A stretch of 64,000 bases of DNA from the human T2T-CHM13v2.0 reference genome, Homo sapiens. The translations under genes were made by a program, and so were the position numbers. The stretch lies in NCBI RefSeq assembly GCF_009914755.1, contig NC_060925.1, one strand, 5' to 3'. Positions within the stretch are counted from its first letter, which is position 1. Each line of letters starts with the position of its first letter. The notes under the pieces were generated by a model. It saw only the letters and a program-made list of their open reading frames with translations, did not search any database and was not told the origin of the DNA. Shown one piece after another: positions 1 through 13,870 of this stretch.

Positions 1-49
1 TCAAAAAAGAGCTTCAAATCACTGACGAAATAAAAAGAAAAAAACCCAA

Positions 50-455
50 AACTTATTTATTTCAGCTACATGACATCCTGGAAAAAGTAAAATATGGAGA
101 CAGTAAAAAGATCATTGTTTGCCAGGGATTGAGGGGAGCAGGGCCAGGGTGGGAGGGATGAAGAGGTAGAGTACAGAGGATTTTTAGGGCAGTGAAACTA
201 TTTCATATGATATGATAATGGTGGATATGTGTTTTTATACATCTGTCCAAACCCATAGAATATGCAACATCAAGAGTGAACCCGAATATAAACCATGGAC
301 TTTGGGGTATCAATGTAGGTTCACCAGTTGGAACAAATATATTACTGTGGTGGGAGATGCTGATGGAGAGGGGTTAAGGGGTCTATGGGAATTCTCTGTA
401 CATTGTGCTTAATTCTTCTGTGAACTGAAAACTCTCTAAAAGATAAGGTCTGTTA
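50..455 (+). mobile_element. Old L1 3' UTR fragment (L1MC-type)
   Basis: ggagacagtaaaaagatcatt...tccaaacccatagaat...gggaattctctgtac resembles L1MC 3' ends. Confidence 0.7.
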
Positions 456-1099
456 AACAAATTGAGCTACTTTAAAGATTGTTATGAGGCTGTAATTAGA
501 AAACACATACTCGAGTGTTCATCAGTGACTGGGAAGAAAGGACAGGTCTGTCAGTTTCACTGACATATGAAGTTGAGTTGCAGCACTGTTACCCCTCTCA
601 TTCTGCAGTGGGTTTTTGGTGTGTCTTCATTGTGGGGTGTGGTGGTCTTGGTGCTGGGGGTCTTCCTATTTAGACTTTGAGCTCCTCATGGTGCCTAGAG
701 CAGAACTCTGCTGTGGGTAGGAAAAGAGGCAGTTACAAACACTAGGCCCAGACCCTTTCCTTTGTTAAGAAAGGAAAAAGTGTTTTGCTAGGACGTTAGA
801 GTTACTATTTAAGAAACCCAGAACAATCATGTCTCTCAGAGTCCTTAGTATTACCTGGTAGCAGAATGTAAGCCTCAGAATAAACAACCACATTTGTTAA
901 CTTGTTCAGTGAATTCCGAAGTCTGGGTGCCCAGAGCTTTGAACGGTGAACGGGAGGATGACTGCTCTGTTGGTGAGTGTTAGGTAGCAGCTTCGGAGTA
1001 TGTGCCCTCCCTGCCTGGGAATGGTACGGGGCGGGCTGAGCTGTTAAGGATTCTGTGAGTTTATGAACATTCAGCTGTAGGAAGGCATAATCAGTCATG

Positions 1100-1240
1100 T
1101 AGATTGGTCCCCAGGCTGGTAGTATCACATCACCTGGAAGCTTGTTAGAAATATAGAATCCCAGGCCCCACCCTTGATTGACTGCATCAGAATCTGCATT
1201 TTAGCAAGATGCATAGGTGGCTTGTGTCCACCTTGAGGTT
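1100..1240. mobile_element. MER5A (hAT-Charlie) fragment
   Basis: atcacctggaagcttgttagaaat..agaatcccaggccccacc...atcagaatctgcattttagcaagat. Confidence 0.75.
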
Positions 1241-2439
1241 GGATGTGGGTGACTTCTCCTTGGAGTACAGCCTCCCTGCTTCCATGGAGAAGCCTGCCTA
1301 GTTCTGCCTGGCTGAGATTTAGCTCCAGTTTATATCTGACCCCCTTAGAGTGCCAAAGAAGAGGTTCCTAATTGACTAATAACCATGGAGGCAAGAAAGA
1401 AAATGGGGGAAGGGACAGATCATGATGTTGTTCCTGATTTCAGGCTTTCATGTTTGCCTTGAAATGTGTGACTGAGCTCAGAGTCTATAAAGCTTTTGCT
1501 TCAAGAAGCAGTGAGTCAATATTTTTCTTACCCAAATCATTAAACATCATCTTGACCTATTCATTGGCCCAGCTTTTCTGTTTGGTCATTTCCCTTAGGT
1601 AACTTTTTTAAATAGGGAAGAATAGACATGAGAGAGACATTTTTATTTCCTTTAAATGAATGTTTTCTGTGATAATTAGAGGTGAAAGGCCATGTGTAAT
1701 TTTTGTTGATGGGATTTTACCAGCAGAGTTTTCAGGAGTCCTGGACTTTCTGGTGGAACAGAAAGTCTTATATGTTTTGTTGTATTATATCCTTTTTTCC
1801 ACCCTAAAAAATTAAACTTGGAGAAGTTTCGAGGCATAGGTAAGCTTGGGGTCATGAATTCTAAATGTAATTCTAAGTGTTCAAAAATGTTGTATTTAAA
1901 AAGCTCATATGTTTTTCTTTTTTTTTTTTTTTTCTTTTTGAGTTTGTATTAAAAAAGTGTCTTGGCTTTTGTGTCTTTTAGCTGTATCCCTGTTATAAAA
2001 GTGGTATTTTACTAGCATGGCCTCATCACATGACCTTTGAACTTATTTACATTTGTTTAGTTAATTGACTCTTGGCTAATTTGGAAATCTCTAGATGGGG
2101 AAATAAGCTGTGGATCAGGGATCAGGAGCCAGGTTAAAGCTTTGAGTTCTCTGCTGTGCTGCCTGGCTGTGTGTTTGTGGGCATGTCCCAGACTCTGGTG
2201 TAGTCATCTCTAAATGGAAGCAATTCAACTACATACATGATTTCCAGCAAGGGACAGGGGCTTTATGAGCAGGTCATGTATCAGGATCTGGGGTGTGGGG
2301 AGCATGTGTAATCTGAGAATGCGCAGTATTGTATTTCCTTATTTGAAGAAATGGGAAAACTTTTTTAAAATGAGTGGCACAAAGTAAAGCATGATACGGT
2401 CTTGGCTGGTGGTTTACAAGGGATGGGAAGCACATGGGT

Positions 2440-2660
2440 CTAGCAGTTAGTAGCGGGTACTGCTGTTTAATAGCACTGTGTGCTGCTACAAACTTTTAAT
2501 GTACATATGCTCTTATTTAAGCCTCAAAAATCCCTGTAAGGTAAGTACTATTGTCATATGAAGAAACAGAACAGAAAGGTTAAGAATCATGTTCAAGGTC
2601 ATCACAGCAAGTGTGTGAGTAGATCTGGGCTCTGGACCCAAAACAAGCCTCCAGTCTTAG
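2440..2660 (-). mobile_element. MIR fragment
   Basis: tcttatttaagcctcaaaaatccctgtaaggtaagtactatt...aaaggttaagaatcatgttcaaggtca. Confidence 0.65.
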
Positions 2661-2815
2661 CTACCTTGCACTCATAGTCTGTTATGAATCAAGATCAATT
2701 TTATATGTATCTTACCTTCTGCAAAAAAGAGTTTTATTTGTGTGCAACTGGTATGACATTACCCCACAATCTTAGGTACACCAAAAAAATCACACTTTTC
2801 TTCAAATCCAATTAA

Positions 2816-3206
<391 letters not shown>

Positions 3207-3920
3207 TGCAGGAGTCCTTTTCCAGGCACACATTTTGCTTAGAAAATTCTGAGACCTCAAATCCCCCTCCATCCTGGTAGTGCTGAACTGTTCACTGGCC
3301 AAGCCTGCATTGCCTGTTTCAGGGTGACCGATGACAGTGTGCATCTCTCCACGCTCCTCTTGGCCTCCGTGGTCCTTTCTGGGGCTCCTGAGGCCATGAC
3401 TTTGAGGTGCTGGTTCCTAAGCGTCCACATGTCCACTGTTGTCAGAGGTTTCTACCTTCTCCTCCTGGGGAGCTTCATAGATGTGGAACCTGGTACTGAT
3501 GCAGACACAGAATGCCACATGGACACAGAGCTTCTTGGGGGGAAGGGAAGTGTACCTTTCATTCCTTCATTATAAATTTATATGAACTTAGTTAATTTCT
3601 CTGACAAATTATTCTGTCTGTAAATGGCAACAAGACTCAGAATAACTGACTTTAAGCCATTTTATTAGTGTCCAGTTTACATTTCTCAGTGAAAATATCT
3701 AGTTGTCTAAACTGGGATAGCCTCAATTCATTACTTGTACTATCCCTGTGAACTTGGGTAAATGAATTGAGTTCCTTACGTCTCTGTTTCATGTTTTGCA
3801 AAATGGAAATAATAATAGCATCTATACTACAGAGGGCCCTGGGAGATCAGCTGTAACAAAGACACTGAGTTGTAGAAAGTCCGAGGTGCATTTGGGGAAT
3901 GGCAATGGCAATCATTCCGG

Positions 3921-3960
3921 TTAGGTTGGTGCAAAAGTAATTGCAGTTTTTGCCATTACT
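3921..3960. mobile_element. Half MADE1 (Hsmar1 mariner MITE, one TIR arm)
   Basis: ttaggttggtgcaaaagtaattgcagtttttgccattact matches the left arm of MADE1; the right arm is absent. Confidence 0.85.
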
Positions 3961-4136
3961 AATAGCAAGCTGGAGGGGAGTGTACAGGTGGGTGGGGAAA
4001 GGCTAGAAGTGTGTAAATCCTCTTTTACAGAGTTTGGACTCACACTGGCCTTCTTTCCAGTTTTATTAACTGGAGTTTGTGTTCTGACTCAGACGTGTAC
4101 TGAAATCCCTCTGATAAACTATTTTGTCCTATTTAG

Positions 4137-4250
4137 GATGCGACCGACTTTGAGTGGAGCTTCTGGATGGAATGGGGGAAGCAGTGGCTGGTGTGGCTTC
4201 TCCTTGGCCACATGGTAGTGTCTCAAATGGCCACACTGCTGGCAAGAAAG
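4137..4250 (+). CDS. HHAT: HHAT internal coding exon (probable exon 4, ~D54-K91), 114 bp, phase 0-0
   Basis: ttttgtcctatttag|GATGCG ... AGAAAG|gtatga. Translates DATDFEWSFWMEWGKQWLVWLLLGHMVVSQMATLLARK, recognised as human HHAT. Confidence 0.97.
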
Positions 4251-5753
4251 GTATGATTATATGTGTTGTTACCTTTTAAGTGTGTTTTTCCTTTGCTTCT
4301 TGTGAAGAAAGAGTCCAAGCTAGGAATCGGAAGACTTGGATATTAGCACTGGGAGCCTGGAAAAAATGATAAAGTTGTTAACAATCAATATAACATTTAA
4401 GATAAAAGTTCATAGTTCATATCCTGCACTTGCTTTCTCCAACTTATTTTCAGGCATTGAATATAAAGGTTGTAGTGTAAAACTAACCATGGAGGGTGGT
4501 GGTGGTCTTTAAGATCACTTCTAATCAAATGATCAAAAAGTTGCCTGTGGTTGAGAATCTGGATGAGTTCACTTGCAAATTCAGAAGAAAGTTGATGATT
4601 TACTTAAGAAGTGGGAATAATTTTAAAGTCAAGTAGTTTATGCTGCTGTCACTGTTTTAGATGGGAAGTCCAGTAGCATTTTGCTCTTGCCTTGGGCTGG
4701 CTTAGAGGATGAGAGATTCTTCAAAGTGGTTATTTGAAAACTACTTTTATGTGAGGCAGGATTGAGACCCTCTTCACAGGTCTAGCTACCAAGGGACCTG
4801 ATATACTGCCAGGAGGATCTTTCTGTCACCTGGGGGCCAGGGTATTGCCCAGAGGCCTCTGATAAATACTTCTTGCTTGCTATAGATTCCTGATGGAGGA
4901 AAAAGTCTGTGCTTGGAAATTTACCGAATAAAAGCAAGACACAACCAAAACCTGATTTGGAAGTCAACCTAGGAAAAATGTTTTGATTCTCAGAGGTTCC
5001 CGCAGGTGATAAAACTGAAGTAGAAGAGAAACAGAAACCTCTGGAGATTGAGACCAGAAAGTGAGATGCAGAAATAGGATGTCCTGTGGTTAGAGATGCG
5101 CACCTAACTTGGGCCAGTTTCTGACTCTTTCCTGAAAATTGGCGTTTCCTGGGCTTGCTCCTCACCCTGGAAGATAGGAAATCCCGACAGCATATTAACT
5201 TCTTCTTGAATATGATACTGATTTTTTTTTTGTACTCAAGTGGCTGCTGAACTGGCAAAATCCAAAATATTAGATGTTGTCAGATCTGAGTATATTTTAA
5301 AATTTCATTTAACTTTGTGAGCAGACCTAATAATAATTTTTTTTGTTCCTAAGCTAGTAATAAATATATCTACCTCAGCCCTCATTAATGGTTTTCTTTA
5401 CTCCCACAAATTTCTGTTTAGTTTTTTTTTCCCCAAGAATTCAAAACTTCTGGAAATTTAACATTTTAATTCGTAACAAAGTTTTCCCATCCATGTGTAA
5501 ATGACTTATTACCATAAGTCTCAGTTTTCCCGTATGTAAAATAAATAGCTTCATACCTGTTTTTCTTTACCTCTGTGAGGGGAAGATGATGTACTTTGAG
5601 GATTGTACTAAGTTAATTGCATAGTGGAAGAGTGCTAGACATTGTATTACTCATGTTTGGTCCTTGGTTCGATTAGCTTTCTAACCTGAGCAAAGGTTTT
5701 CACTGCATCTTCATTTATGGTCTTAGTGCATTTTCGTTGCTTATAAGAGAATA

Positions 5754-5931
5754 CATAAAACTGAGTAATTTTATAAAGAAAATGAACTTATTTAGTAATT
5801 TATGAAGAAAAGGAATTTATACAGTTATGGAGGCTGGGAAGTCATAAAACTGAGTAATTTTATAAAGAAAATGAACTTATTTAGTAATTTATGAAGAAAA
5901 GGAATTTATACAGTTATGGAGGCTGGGAAGT
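5754..5931. repeat. Perfect 2 x 89-bp tandem duplication
   Basis: 5754-5842 and 5843-5931 are identical (cataaaactgagtaatttt...ggctgggaagt). Confidence 0.95.
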
Positions 5932-6083
5932 CCAAGTCACCACATCTGGTGAGGGCCTTCTTGCTGACATCGCGGCAATCCTGAGGCAGTGCAGGAGATC
6001 ACGTGGTGAGCATGATAGCTCAGGTCTCTTTTCCTCTTCTTATAAAGCCACCAGTCCCACTCCCGTGATAACTCATTAATTCA

Positions 6084-6459
6084 TGACATGGTTTGGCTCT
6101 GTGTCCCTACCCAAATCTCATGTCAAATTGTAATCCCCACGTCTTGCAGGAGGAGCCTGGTGGGAGGTGACTGAATCATGGGGGCAGACTTCCCCCTTAT
6201 TGTTCTCCTGATAGAGTTCTTATGAGATCTCGTTGTTTGAAAGTCTAGCACTCCCCACTTTGCTCATTCTCTCTTCTGCTCTGCCACGGTAAGATATGTT
6301 TGCTTCCCCTTTGCCTTCTGGCATGATTGTAAGTTTCCTGAGGCCTTCCAGTCATGCTTCCTGTTAAGTCTGTGGAAGTGTGAGTTAATTAAACCTCTTC
6401 TTCATAACTTACCTAGTCTCAGGTAGTTCTTTATAGCAGTGTGTAAACAGACTAATACA
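6084..6459 (+). mobile_element. MSTA/MSTB solo LTR nested in the older MaLR LTR
   Basis: tgacatggtttggctctgtgtccctacccaaatctca ... ttctttatagcagtgtgtaaacagactaataca. Confidence 0.85.
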
Positions 6460-6699
6460 ACTGATGAATGAATTAATCCATTAATGAGGGCAGAGCTCTC
6501 ATGATCCAATTGCCTCTTAAAGGCTGTACCTCACAATATTGCCACATTGGGGATTAAATTTCAGCACCAGTTGTGGAGGGGACAAACATTCAAACCACAG
6601 CGGTTGTCCTCTGTAAAATAGGATCAATAAGATAGTATTAGTTTTTTTTCTCCCTTTAAAATATGATGAGCTTCATTGGTTAGACATTTCATCCTTAAA

Positions 6700-8540
6700 A
6701 GTAAAGATGAAACATGGAAAAGTGGGACAAAGAGAAAGCATAAAAGAAATGGTTGAAGTAAGTTTAAATATGTCAGTCATTGCAATCAACATAAGTGGAT
6801 TCTCAAAAAAGATGAAGATTGTCAGACTAGATGAAAAAAAGAAAGAGAAATAGAGGAAAACAAAAACCAAAACAGAGCTCAGAGAGGCTCTTCTTAGCTA
6901 GATATCCTTAAAACAGAAGGACACATAATTTGAAAGTAAAAGGTATGAAAAGATATTCCAGGCAAATATTAAACCCCCTCTCCCTCTGACAAACTACTGG
7001 TGCAGTTTTATTAATAACAAAGAGCATTACTAGTGACAAAGAGGGCTGCTGTTTAATAATAAAGAATTCGTTTCTTATTAGGAAGATATTAAAACTCTAA
7101 GTTTATTTGCTTCAAAATATATAAAGCAAAAAGTGATCATAAACATAAAGATAGATAGGTCTATTATTGTAGGGAGAGATTTTTTTTCTTTCAGTAGTTT
7201 TCGGGGTACAGGTGGTTTTTGGTTACATGGATAAATTCTTCAGTGGTGATTTATGAAATTTTAGTGTACCTGTCACCCAAGCAATGTATACTGTAGCCAA
7301 TATGTAGTCTTTTATTCCTCACCCCCACAACCTTTCCCTCCAAAGCCCCAAAGTCCATTATACATTCTTATGCCTTTGCGTCTTCATAGCTTACCTCCTA
7401 CTCATAAGTGAGAACATAGGATATTTGGTTTTCCATTCCTGAGTTACTTCACTTAGAACAATGGCCTCCAGCTCCAACCAAGTTGCTGCAAAAGACATTA
7501 TTTCATTCCTCTTTATGACTGAGTAGTATTCCATGGTGTATATATACCACATTATCTTTATCCACTCATTGGTTGATGGGCACTTAGATTGGTTTCATAT
7601 CTTTGCAATTGCAAATTAGGCTGCTATAAACATGCAAGTGCATGTGCCTTTTTCATATAATGACTTCTTTTCCTTTGGGTAGATACCCAGTAGTGGGATT
7701 GCTGGATCAAATGGTAGTTTTACTTTTAGTTCCTTAAGGAATTCCTATACTGTTTTCTATAGTGGTTGTACTAATTTACACTTCTACCAGTAGTGTGAAA
7801 GTGTTCCCTTTTTACCACATTTACACCAATATCTATTGTTTTTTGACTTTTAATTATGGATTAATAATTATGGAAATTAAGTTGAAAAGCAATAAAAACA
7901 AGATCTACTTTTGTCAAACTAGAAAGTATACATATACTTATCTCACAATAATTTTCAAGATGAATTAAGGAGTTAAAATGAAAATCAAAAGTATTAAACT
8001 TTTAGAAAATATGACATAGAATATTGATGTTGGCACAGACAGAGATTTTTTTATACAAGACACAAAAAGTGCAAATTATAGAGGAAAACACTGATAAATT
8101 TAACTACGCTAAAATTAAAAACTTTTTATCTAATGACACAATAGAAAAGTGGAAAGGCAAGTCACTAGTGGAGAAGTAATTTGCAAACTGACAAAGGATT
8201 GGCATATGGAATAAATTTCATAAAAAAGACAAAATCACTCAATAGAAAAATGGTACAAGATATGAAGAGGAATTTGTAGAAAAGGAAACATAAATGATGA
8301 ATAAACATGAAAAAATGTTAAATTCATTAGTAATCAAACAAATGCATCTTAAAACTACAATAAGATAACATTCTATGCTTTCTAGTTTGGCAAAAACAAA
8401 ACAAAAATCCCCTGATATCAGTGTTAGCTGCCTGAACTCATACAGAAAGGGTGTTGAATATGTATTTGTATAACTACTTAGTAACACATTATATAGTAAA
8501 GCCAAAGAGGGGCCTACCCTACAGCCACCAGTGCTATGTG
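6700..8540 (+). mobile_element. Very old, degraded L1 (L1M/L1ME) ORF2 fragments, split by an L1PB insertion
   Basis: A-rich, with remnants such as aaagatattccaggcaaat and ttagtaatcaaacaaatgcatcttaaaactacaataagata. Confidence 0.6.
7180..7857 (-). mobile_element. L1PB-type 3' end
   Basis: ggggtacaggtggtttttggttacatggataaattcttcagtggtgattt...ataagtgagaacat...gggtagatacccagtagtgggattgctgg. Confidence 0.85.
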
Positions 8541-8541
8541 A

Positions 8542-8863
<322 letters not shown>

Positions 8864-9303
8864 TGAACACATGGAAGAATGAAATGATGGGCAGAAGGAA
8901 AGGTGGGAGTTGCCCTGGGGACACTGTGTTTTTCATCTGTCCTCCCCACGTCTCTGGGCCATACACATCAGGACCCACATGGCCTCCTCTGATGGGTCTC
9001 CTTTGCCTCTCACCCTTGTTCTTGTTCCTCCTTGTTTGCTTCCTGTAGATCAGTGTTTCTTAAATTTTTTTCAGTATTGTCCCCAGGGCACCTTTCTAGA
9101 TAATTTTTTTCCCTGATCATCTCTCCTCTGTGAAATTTTAATACTACAGATATCCTGTTTATATCTCTTCATGTACTGTGCGTATGTCTGTGCTTTATGC
9201 ATAAGGAGTAAGGTTTTCTAGCCCCTGATAACTGACAAGTAACCTAAAACTTAGATAAAATATAGTACTAATCTTCTACAAATGTTAAATTATTAAAAAA
9301 ATA

Positions 9304-9408
9304 ATAGAGATAGAGTCTTGCTGGTCTCAAACTCCTAGCTTCAAGCGATCCTCCCACCTCTGCTTTACAAAGTGCTGGGATAACAGGCGTGAGCCACCAT
9401 GCCCAGTC
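9304..9408 (-). mobile_element. Alu left-monomer/FLAM fragment with internal deletion
   Basis: gctggtctcaaactcctagcttcaagcgatcctcccacc...gtgagccaccatgccc. Confidence 0.85.
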
Positions 9409-9679
9409 ATTACTAATTTTAATTTCCATTCTATCCTTAGGTCTAGCCTACAAAATCTGCCCCACCCCACCTCGTTTATAGGAGATACAACCCTTGTTGA
9501 GAATGCATGACTGATATTAATAACCTGTTCCTGATTAGATGCCCCTCCCTCTTTCCAAACCTCCTCCACGTTCAGCTCCTGTTTCGCACCTGACATTGGC
9601 AGAAATCTAGCTATATTAGGATATAGATGTCCCTTCATTTTATTTGCTTGTACCTTTGAGTTCTTGCTTCTCCTCTCGT

Positions 9680-9880
9680 GGGAGGCAGTATTTGGTGTGG
9701 TTGAGAGCACTAGGGTCAATCCCTGCATTGGCCACTCTCAAGCTGTGTAACCTTAAACAAGTTCCTGAATATCTCTAAGGCTGCTTCCACAGTTGTGCAA
9801 GCAGGATGGCACTGCTGGCTTCGTGGAGTTGTGGAGAGGGTCTGATAATCAAATGTTTTTCAGAGTTATGCTTGCACATG
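9680..9880 (+). mobile_element. MIR
   Basis: gaggcagtatttggtgtggttgagagcac...gctgtgtaaccttaaacaagttcctgaatatctctaag. Confidence 0.65.
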
Positions 9881-10900
9881 AGGACAGCCCAATAGATGGT
9901 GTCTGCTGCTGTCATCTGCTGGCATTTGCTCCTGGGAGCAGTTTATGGTGTTCAAGAATGGAGGTGACGGTCTTGAGATTCCAAAATCCTCAAGGGCATA
10001 GGCCATGTCTAGCATCCATACCAATGTTCCCATACTGATGGTCTTTTCAAGCTTGTCTTGGGTCCTGGGGGAAAGGATTGAGAAACACAGCCCCTTCCCT
10101 TGGGGAGTCACAGTTGAGTGGGAAGTTAGGAAAGCAAATACTGCTCACTCTTCTGTACCTGATGTTGTTGGCTGGGCACGTTACTATGGGAGAAGGTGTA
10201 GGTCTCACCTGCTGTTCTGGTCTCAGAGCAGGCCTCCGAGAAGGTGGCTTTTGAGCTGTGGCTTGAAGGAAATGGAGTTTACTTATTTCACCTTTCTGCA
10301 TCTTGTTACCAGGCAGGGGTGGACAGGTGGACTAGGCTTCTTCTCTGCAGAGCACATCTTATCCAATATCAGTAGGAGGTATTCCTTTGCATTTTTCTTG
10401 GAATGAGGCAGAGTGAGCACTGAGTCATCTCCCTCTGTATGTGCCTCTCTCATCCTCTGGGTGACCACGGGTTTGATTTGTGAGACAGCTGGTGGGCCGG
10501 GTTCTGCCTGTGGCTGGGGCACAGTGCTTTCTTTGTCTGAGTTTGCTTGGCCCTTACATAAGTATGAACCACAGCGTTGGCCTCATTAGCTCTCTGCTTT
10601 CACCACCTGGACTAAGTGTTCCAGATGGCCTTAATTCGGGTAGTTGTTTTTGGTACTTACTCAGAGTGGAAGATTTAGGCTGCAGTTGTCCTTTTTTCTC
10701 CCCATTCTCTGAGGCATCCTAAACTATAGGCAACACTATGCAGGGACAGGCTTTAGCAATTCTTGCTGTTGTAGCCTTAAGCCCTGAAGGATTCTAGCCT
10801 CCTCCTTTATCTACTATCTAATCTCGTCTCTTCCTTGGCTCATTCCACCTCCTCCCATGGAGAGGTGACAGGTTATTTTTATTTTCAAAAGCATGATCTA

Positions 10901-10902
<2 letters not shown>

Positions 10903-10933
<31 letters not shown>
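10903..10933. repeat. (T)31 homopolymer with no attached SINE/LINE body
   Basis: Counted directly. Confidence 0.9.
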
Positions 10934-10935
<2 letters not shown>

Positions 10936-13029
10936 CATGGTAAGAAATAAAACTTTCCACTGAGTTCCTTGGCTCAGTTAAACACCCTTTCCCTGGATAA
11001 GGCTCTCTCTTTGGGTTTTGGTGAGACTTCATCAGGAGCCAGTGCCCCTGGAGGGAAGGCTGAATCATGGCTTTCAGCTTTGGCTGTGCATTTGTTATGA
11101 TTGGATTGGATGTCACGGGTCAGACAGTTGCCTCCTTTCATGAACGCCAACTGTGGCCTCACTACCACCTGAGACATTGTGTTCTCTGCCCTCAGAACCA
11201 AAAAATACCCCCGTGTGAACTTTTTGAGAAGACTGGCCTGGTGTAGGGTTGAGGGTGGGTGCTGTTGCTAACCACAGAGCCGGGTTCTCACTGTGCCTCT
11301 GACGGGAGAACCCACATCATTAGCAATTGACTGACAGGCTGAGCTCATCAGGCGCAGGTAATGCAAAGGGCTGAGAAGCCTGACCCATGGTGCTGAGTGA
11401 GATGAGTTAACCAACCTCTGGAAGGCTGCAGGGAGCAGGGTTCTTTTCCAGGACAGTCCCAAATCTATCCACTGAATAGAAATCTCATGTGCTAATGGTT
11501 TTCCTGGAATCAGCCCCTTCTACCTCCATCAGTGCATGTCTAAGGAGGGATGAAATTCCTTTTACGTGGGCCTGCTGGCCTTTGCTCCCAGGAAATGGGA
11601 TGCAGTTGTTCAGACTGTGGGATGGGTGGGTTGTATTTTTCTGTTTGGGGAGATTATATATACATATGTATGTATATATATAATACATATATATTTCAGT
11701 AGCAGCTGCTATTGATTATGTAGTATGTAATAAATTGTGTCATACATAAGATTGATTGATTCCCTTTATTATTTTCCGAATAATGCTCCCATTGAGTGGT
11801 TTCTTGGCAGATGTGCAAAAAGAATTAATAGGCAGGGACGTCTGATAATGTTGCCAACAGGAATTCTGACCAAGGCTCTACACTTTCACTCCTCCCTACA
11901 GAGGTAAACTCTAAGGAGGGAACCCACCAGGCATACCCTATTATCACTTGGCACCCTTGGCACAGAATGAGCTGAAGTAGAAACAGATGGTGTGAGAAGG
12001 GGCATTGTCTGGCAGTTTTTCCTGACTCCTTATGAAGAAGGTTAAGAGTATGGATTTCAAAAGAAAGGAGGGCAAATCTGTAGTCTTTTCTTAAGGGCAC
12101 TGACACCAATCCTTGGAGCTCTGCCAGCTCAACTGGTTATTCTCCCGGGAGACTCTGCTGGGGTGATGGATAGAAGCCTCTATAACAGGTATCCACTTTC
12201 CTGGATTGGTACCTGTGCCCCATCAGTTGTTAACTATTGGAGATTTCCCCCAACAGAAGTGGAGTTGTTAAGAGATGCTGTGAGTAGCAAACAGGTAATA
12301 GGCAGTGAGATGTGAAATGTCTCTTCCATTCTACCTACATTAGCAAAACAGCCATTGTTTATAAGGGGTTAAGTAGGACAAGTAGAGACTTTGGAAGACA
12401 GTAGGTTTTCACATTATTGGGTTCCAAAGTCCACATTTTACTGCTATTTTCTTGTTTTTTCTTAGTCATGATCTCAAGGTTAAATCCCAAGACTTGGGAA
12501 AGCATATCCATCTACCCAGCTATCCATCCATGCAACTATTCTCTCCATCCTTCCATCCAATAGTTATGAAACACGTGATATATGCTAGGCACTGTGCTAG
12601 ATTCTGGGCTTACATTACTGTAATCTAAACAAGGCAGGAGTTTAGCCTATTAAGGAGACTATCAAGTAGAGTCAGACCCCATTTTGAGAGTGGTTCAGTG
12701 TAGACTCAGGGAGCAGAGGGGAAGGATGCCTGCTTAAGTCAACCAGGGTTAGTAAGATCTATGTCTCATCAAAAAGGCCATAGCGTTCAGTCTGGCTTTG
12801 TCTCCACTGCTGTAAAAATAGAGTATACTTTCTTATTTTTCATCAGCCTTTTAAACACTTCCCCTCTTCCCCGGCTTTCTGTTTCATCTCCTATTAGAAA
12901 TGGAAGAACCTGGAATAAAGACCATTGAGTGAGGGTCAGAGTAGTTCCGGTGGGGCTGTCATCCTGTGCTCCAGCAAGCTCATCTCAAGCTTCAGGTCAC
13001 TCATGCTTTGATACCTTTTAAAAGAGCAT

Positions 13030-13870
13030 GATAAATTCAAATTAAAACCACAACGAGATGTCATTACACACTTACCAGAATGGCTCAGATAGAACATAGT
13101 AACAGCACCAAATGCTGGCAAGGATGTGAATAAACTGGATCACACATGCATTGCTGGCAGGAAAGTATAATGCTACAGCCATGCTGAAAAACTGTTTTAT
13201 AGTTTATTATAGAACTAAATATGCAACTACCTTGCACCCCAGCAAGTGTGATCTTGGGCATTTATCCCAGAGAAATGAAAACTTATTTTTACACAAAAAT
13301 CTATGCATGTGTGTTTGCATAAGTTTTATTTGTAATAGCCCCACATTGCAAACAGCCTAGATAGCCTCCAGTAGGTTAATGGCTAACAAGCTGTGGTATA
13401 TCCACATCATGGAACACTACTCAGCAATGAAAAGGAGCAAACCATTGATACAGCAACTTGGATGAATCTGCAGGAAATTACGCTGAGTGAAAAAAGCCAA
13501 TCTTTGAAATGGAGAAGAGGTTACTGGTTGTCAGGATTAGGGATGGGGGTGATCAGAGGAGTGGGAAGGAGGTAAATGAGGTATAAAATGGCAACACAAG
13601 GAATCCTTGTGGTGATGGAGCTGTTCTGCATTTTTACCATGGTAGATACCAAACCTATACATGTGATAAAATTGTATAGAACTAAACACACACATAAATT
13701 AATAGAAGTGAAACTAGAGAAATCTGAATAAGTTTGGTGCATTGCAGCAACATCAATATCCTGGTTATGATATTTGTGGTTTTAAAAAATGTGCCATAGG
13801 AAGAAACTGGGTAAAGTATACAAGGGATGTCTCTTGTATGTATATGTGAATACAACTATCTCAAAAATCT
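13030..13870 (+). mobile_element. L1MD-type ORF2 end plus 3' UTR
   Basis: caaattaaaaccacaacgagat...gggcatttatcccagagaaatgaaaac...tggtatatccacatcatggaacactactcagcaatgaaaagg. Confidence 0.8.

Larger units (their letters stand above)
5718..6602 (-). mobile_element. MaLR LTR (MSTC/MLT1A-like) interrupted by an opposite-orientation MSTA/B LTR
   Basis: Starts tcttagtgcattttcgttgcttataa, ends ggggacaaacattcaaaccacagc. Confidence 0.75.

Noticed and set aside
4782-5258. 158-aa minus-strand ORF in unique DNA
   Set aside because: Non-ATG start, no domain similarity and no processed-pseudogene hallmarks; consistent with chance.
10895-10945. Orphan (T)31 as a possible tail-only retroinsertion
   Set aside because: No TSD and no element body; treated as a simple homopolymer.
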